From positions 1 to 34,053 of the forward strand of contig DATAKU010000084.1 in assembly GCA_036261425.1 (NCBI GenBank): DNA of 34,053 nucleotides, in the 5' to 3' direction. Both the position numbers and the translations under genes were made by a program. The stretch comes from Candidatus Limnocylindria bacterium (lineage in GTDB: Bacteria; Chloroflexota; Limnocylindria; QHBO01). The notes beneath the pieces were generated by a model that saw only the letters and a list, made by a program, of their open reading frames with translations, was not told the DNA's origin and searched no databases. Within the stretch, counting starts at the first letter, position 1; every line of letters begins with the position of its first letter. Positions 32,499 to 34,053 of this stretch are shown here, in pieces.

Positions 32499-34053
32499 CG
32501 AGCCTCCGACGGCTCCGGGACGCGCACCGATGCGCCGGACGGACGCCGCTGGATCCCCTACAGCCGCAACAGCGTCGCCTTCGCCGCGGCGCTGGTCAGC
32601 GTGCTCGCGCTGGCCCTGTACCTGCGCACCATGCTGCCTTCGACCGGCTTCTGGGACACGGGGGAGGCACAGACGGTGCCGCCCACCCTGTCGATCTTCC
32701 ACCCGACCGGGTTCCCGTTCTACTCGCTCCTCGGCTGGGCCTGGAGCCAGCTGCCCATCGGCGAGGTGGCGTGGCGCATGAACCTGCTCTCGGCGGGCTG
32801 CGTCGCGCTGGCGGCCGGGCTGGTGACGCTCATCGCCGGCCACCTCGTCGTCGAGCGCCACCGTTGGCTGGCGGGGTCGGCCGTGGCGGTGGCCGGGCTG
32901 GCCTTCGCCTTCGCCTCCGAGCCCTGGCAGAACGGGACGCGGGCGGACGTCCATGCCATCAACGTCCTCTTCGTGGCGCTGGTCGTCTGGCTCCTCCTGG
33001 CCTGGGGGGCCGCGGAGCGCGCCGGGGGCCCTCGCGCCGGTCGCTGGCTGGCCGCGGCCGCGGCCGCGTTCGGGCTCGGGCTGGCCACGCATCCGCTCTC
33101 GGGCCTCGCCGCCTTCGGCATCGCCGTCTGGCTGCTGGTGGTCGACCCGGCCATCTGGCGCCGATGGCGGCTGGTGCTGGGCTCGGCCGTGCTCATCGGC
33201 TTGGGCATCGCGCTGTACGGGACGATCTACCTGCGAGCCGTCATCGAGCCGGCACCGCCGCTCTTCTACGCCCACCCCAACACCTGGGAGAACTTCCGCT
33301 ACCTCGTCTTCGCCGAGCAGTTCCGCGGCCTGTTCGAGGAGTTCGGCTCGCCCCTCGCCGACCTCGGCCGGAAGTGGGTTGGCGCCGAGCGAGTCCTCGC
33401 CGCCCAGCTGTCCGGCCCCGGCTGGCTGCTGGTCGCGATGGGGGCGGCCGTGACCGCCACCAGGCGGCCGGGCGTGGTCGCGTTCCTCGGCCTGGTGGCG
33501 GTGGCCACCACCCTCTACGCGGTGAACTTCCGCGACGGGGACATCGATCGCTACTACCTGCCGGTCCTGGTGGTGACGATCCCGTTCCTCGGCGTGGCGG
33601 TGGCCGCGATCGGCGCAGCCGCGGCGTCGGCCCTGGCGGAGATCGGCCGGCGGATGGTCGCTTCCCGCGCGGCGCGGCACCGGCTGGCGAACCTGGCGGG
33701 GGCGATCGTGGTCGCCCTCGGAGCCGCGGTGCCGATCGCATCGCTCGTCACCGGCTACGAGGCGAACGACCAGAGCGCCAACCGCGAGGCCGATGCGTGG
33801 GTCGCATCGGTCCACGCCCAGCTGCCGCCGAACGCGGTGGTCATCAGCTGGTGGAGCTACAGCACGCCGCTCTGGTACCACCGATGGGTCCTGGGGGAGC
33901 GGCCGGACGTGACGATCGTCGACGAGCGCAACATCCTCGACGATGGGTACCGTACGATGCACAACGCCATCCGGACCTTCCTCGGCGAGCGGCCGGTGTA
34001 CGTGGTGCCGCCGCACTGGGAATGGGCCGATCTCGCCCGGGAATGGAGCTTCC
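32487..34053 (+). CDS. DUF2723 (TMEM260-like) GT-C family glycosyltransferase, 3' end outside window
   Basis: This open frame is not listed in the track. It reads WIPYSRNSVAFAAALVSVLALALYLRTMLPSTGFWDTGEAQTVPPTLSIFHPTGFPFYSLLGW, the DUF2723 signature. It stays open to 34053 (...VISWWSYSTPLWYHRWVLGERPDVTIVDERN...). There is no ATG. Candidate GTG starts are at 32487 and 32481, so the start is uncertain. Confidence 0.65.
   Translation, partial: MSIHRASDGSGTRTDAPDGRRWIPYSRNSVAFAAALVSVLALALYLRTMLPSTGFWDTGEAQTVPPTLSIFHPTGFPFYSLLGWAWSQLPIGEVAWRMNLLSAGCVALAAGLVTLIAGHLVVERHRWLAGSAVAVAGLAFAFASEPWQNGTRADVHAINVLFVALVVWLLLAWGAAERAGGPRAGRWLAAAAAAFGLGLATHPLSGLAAFGIAVWLLVVDPAIWRRWRLVLGSAVLIGLGIALYGTIYLRAVIEPAPPLFYAHPNTWENFRYLVFAEQFRGLFEEFGSPLADLGRKWVGAERVLAAQLSGPGWLLVAMGAAVTATRRPGVVAFLGLVAVATTLYAVNFRDGDIDRYYLPVLVVTIPFLGVAVAAIGAAAASALAEIGRRMVASRAARHRLANLAGAIVVALGAAVPIASLVTGYEANDQSANREADAWVASVHAQLPPNAVVISWWSYSTPLWYHRWVLGERPDVTIVDERNILDDGYRTMHNAIRTFLGERPVYVVPPHWEWADLAREWSF

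Noticed and set aside
32499-34016. N-terminal 506 codons of the 2052-aa track ORF 27858-34016.
   Set aside because: This part is Arg/Gly/Pro/Asp-rich nonsense, antisense to a plus-strand frame with a clear DUF2723 signature. Protein-like sequence with TM segments begins only at ATG 32498, which has a GGAGG 4 nt upstream.
1-34053. Search for CRISPR arrays, tRNA/rRNA genes, transposases, integrases, toxin-antitoxin pairs or defence-system hallmarks.
   Set aside because: I found no spaced direct repeats, no tRNA-like T-loop (GGTTCGAATCC-type) in intergenic regions, and no recombinase- or nuclease-like ORFs. The only repeats are the nuoL 9-mer array, short microsatellites and the 14-nt direct repeat at 17121/17185.

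Overview
Very GC-rich, gene-dense chromosomal window that looks Actinomycetota-like; this is inferred from gene content (ino1, PIM genes, MshD-like GNATs). I saw no rRNA, tRNA, CRISPR array, transposase or integrase. Many long ORFs in the track are antisense or out-of-frame GC artefacts. I chose gene starts using protein-like sequence, Shine-Dalgarno motifs and recurring 4-nt stop/start overlaps (GTGA or ATGA at 13909-13912, 13214-13217, 19093-19096, 21845-21848, 22837-22840, 27370-27373).

Layout, left to right:
- 3' end of a LuxR-type regulator, then a small lipoprotein.
- The distal membrane half of complex I (nuoJKLMN) with no nuoA-I upstream. NuoL carries a His/Asp-rich insertion built on a 9-bp tandem repeat. 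nuoN runs straight into otsA and an MFS gene, with otsB convergent.
- A sortase-fold protein that has TLQTS where TLxTC is expected.
- A minus-strand coupled operon: motif-degenerate ABC NBD, ABC-2 permease, DHA2 MFS.
- Divergent from that, an ArsR-headed phosphatidylinositol/PIM operon: CDP-alcohol phosphatidyltransferase, ino1, two LpxL/PatA-like acyltransferases, a PHP phosphoesterase and a pimA-like GT4.
- A minus-strand operon of ABC ATPase, small ORF, ABC-2 permease, two tandem double-GNAT genes and an APH-like kinase. It is preceded by a ~330-nt leader with its own promoter and a canonical intrinsic terminator.
- A LiaF-like toastrack protein plus a PspC protein.
- A 1546-aa single protein fusing two GT-C glycosyltransferase modules, with a large beta-rich insertion in the second module.
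- A divergent DUF2723 GT-C gene running off the window.

Best candidates for something undescribed:
1. The dual GT-C fusion and its neighbouring third GT-C.
2. The PHP phosphoesterase and second acyltransferase inside the PI/PIM operon, as candidates for the unassigned PIP phosphatase and second PIM acyltransferase.
3. The attenuator-like leader (or small RNA) in front of the exporter/GNAT/APH operon.
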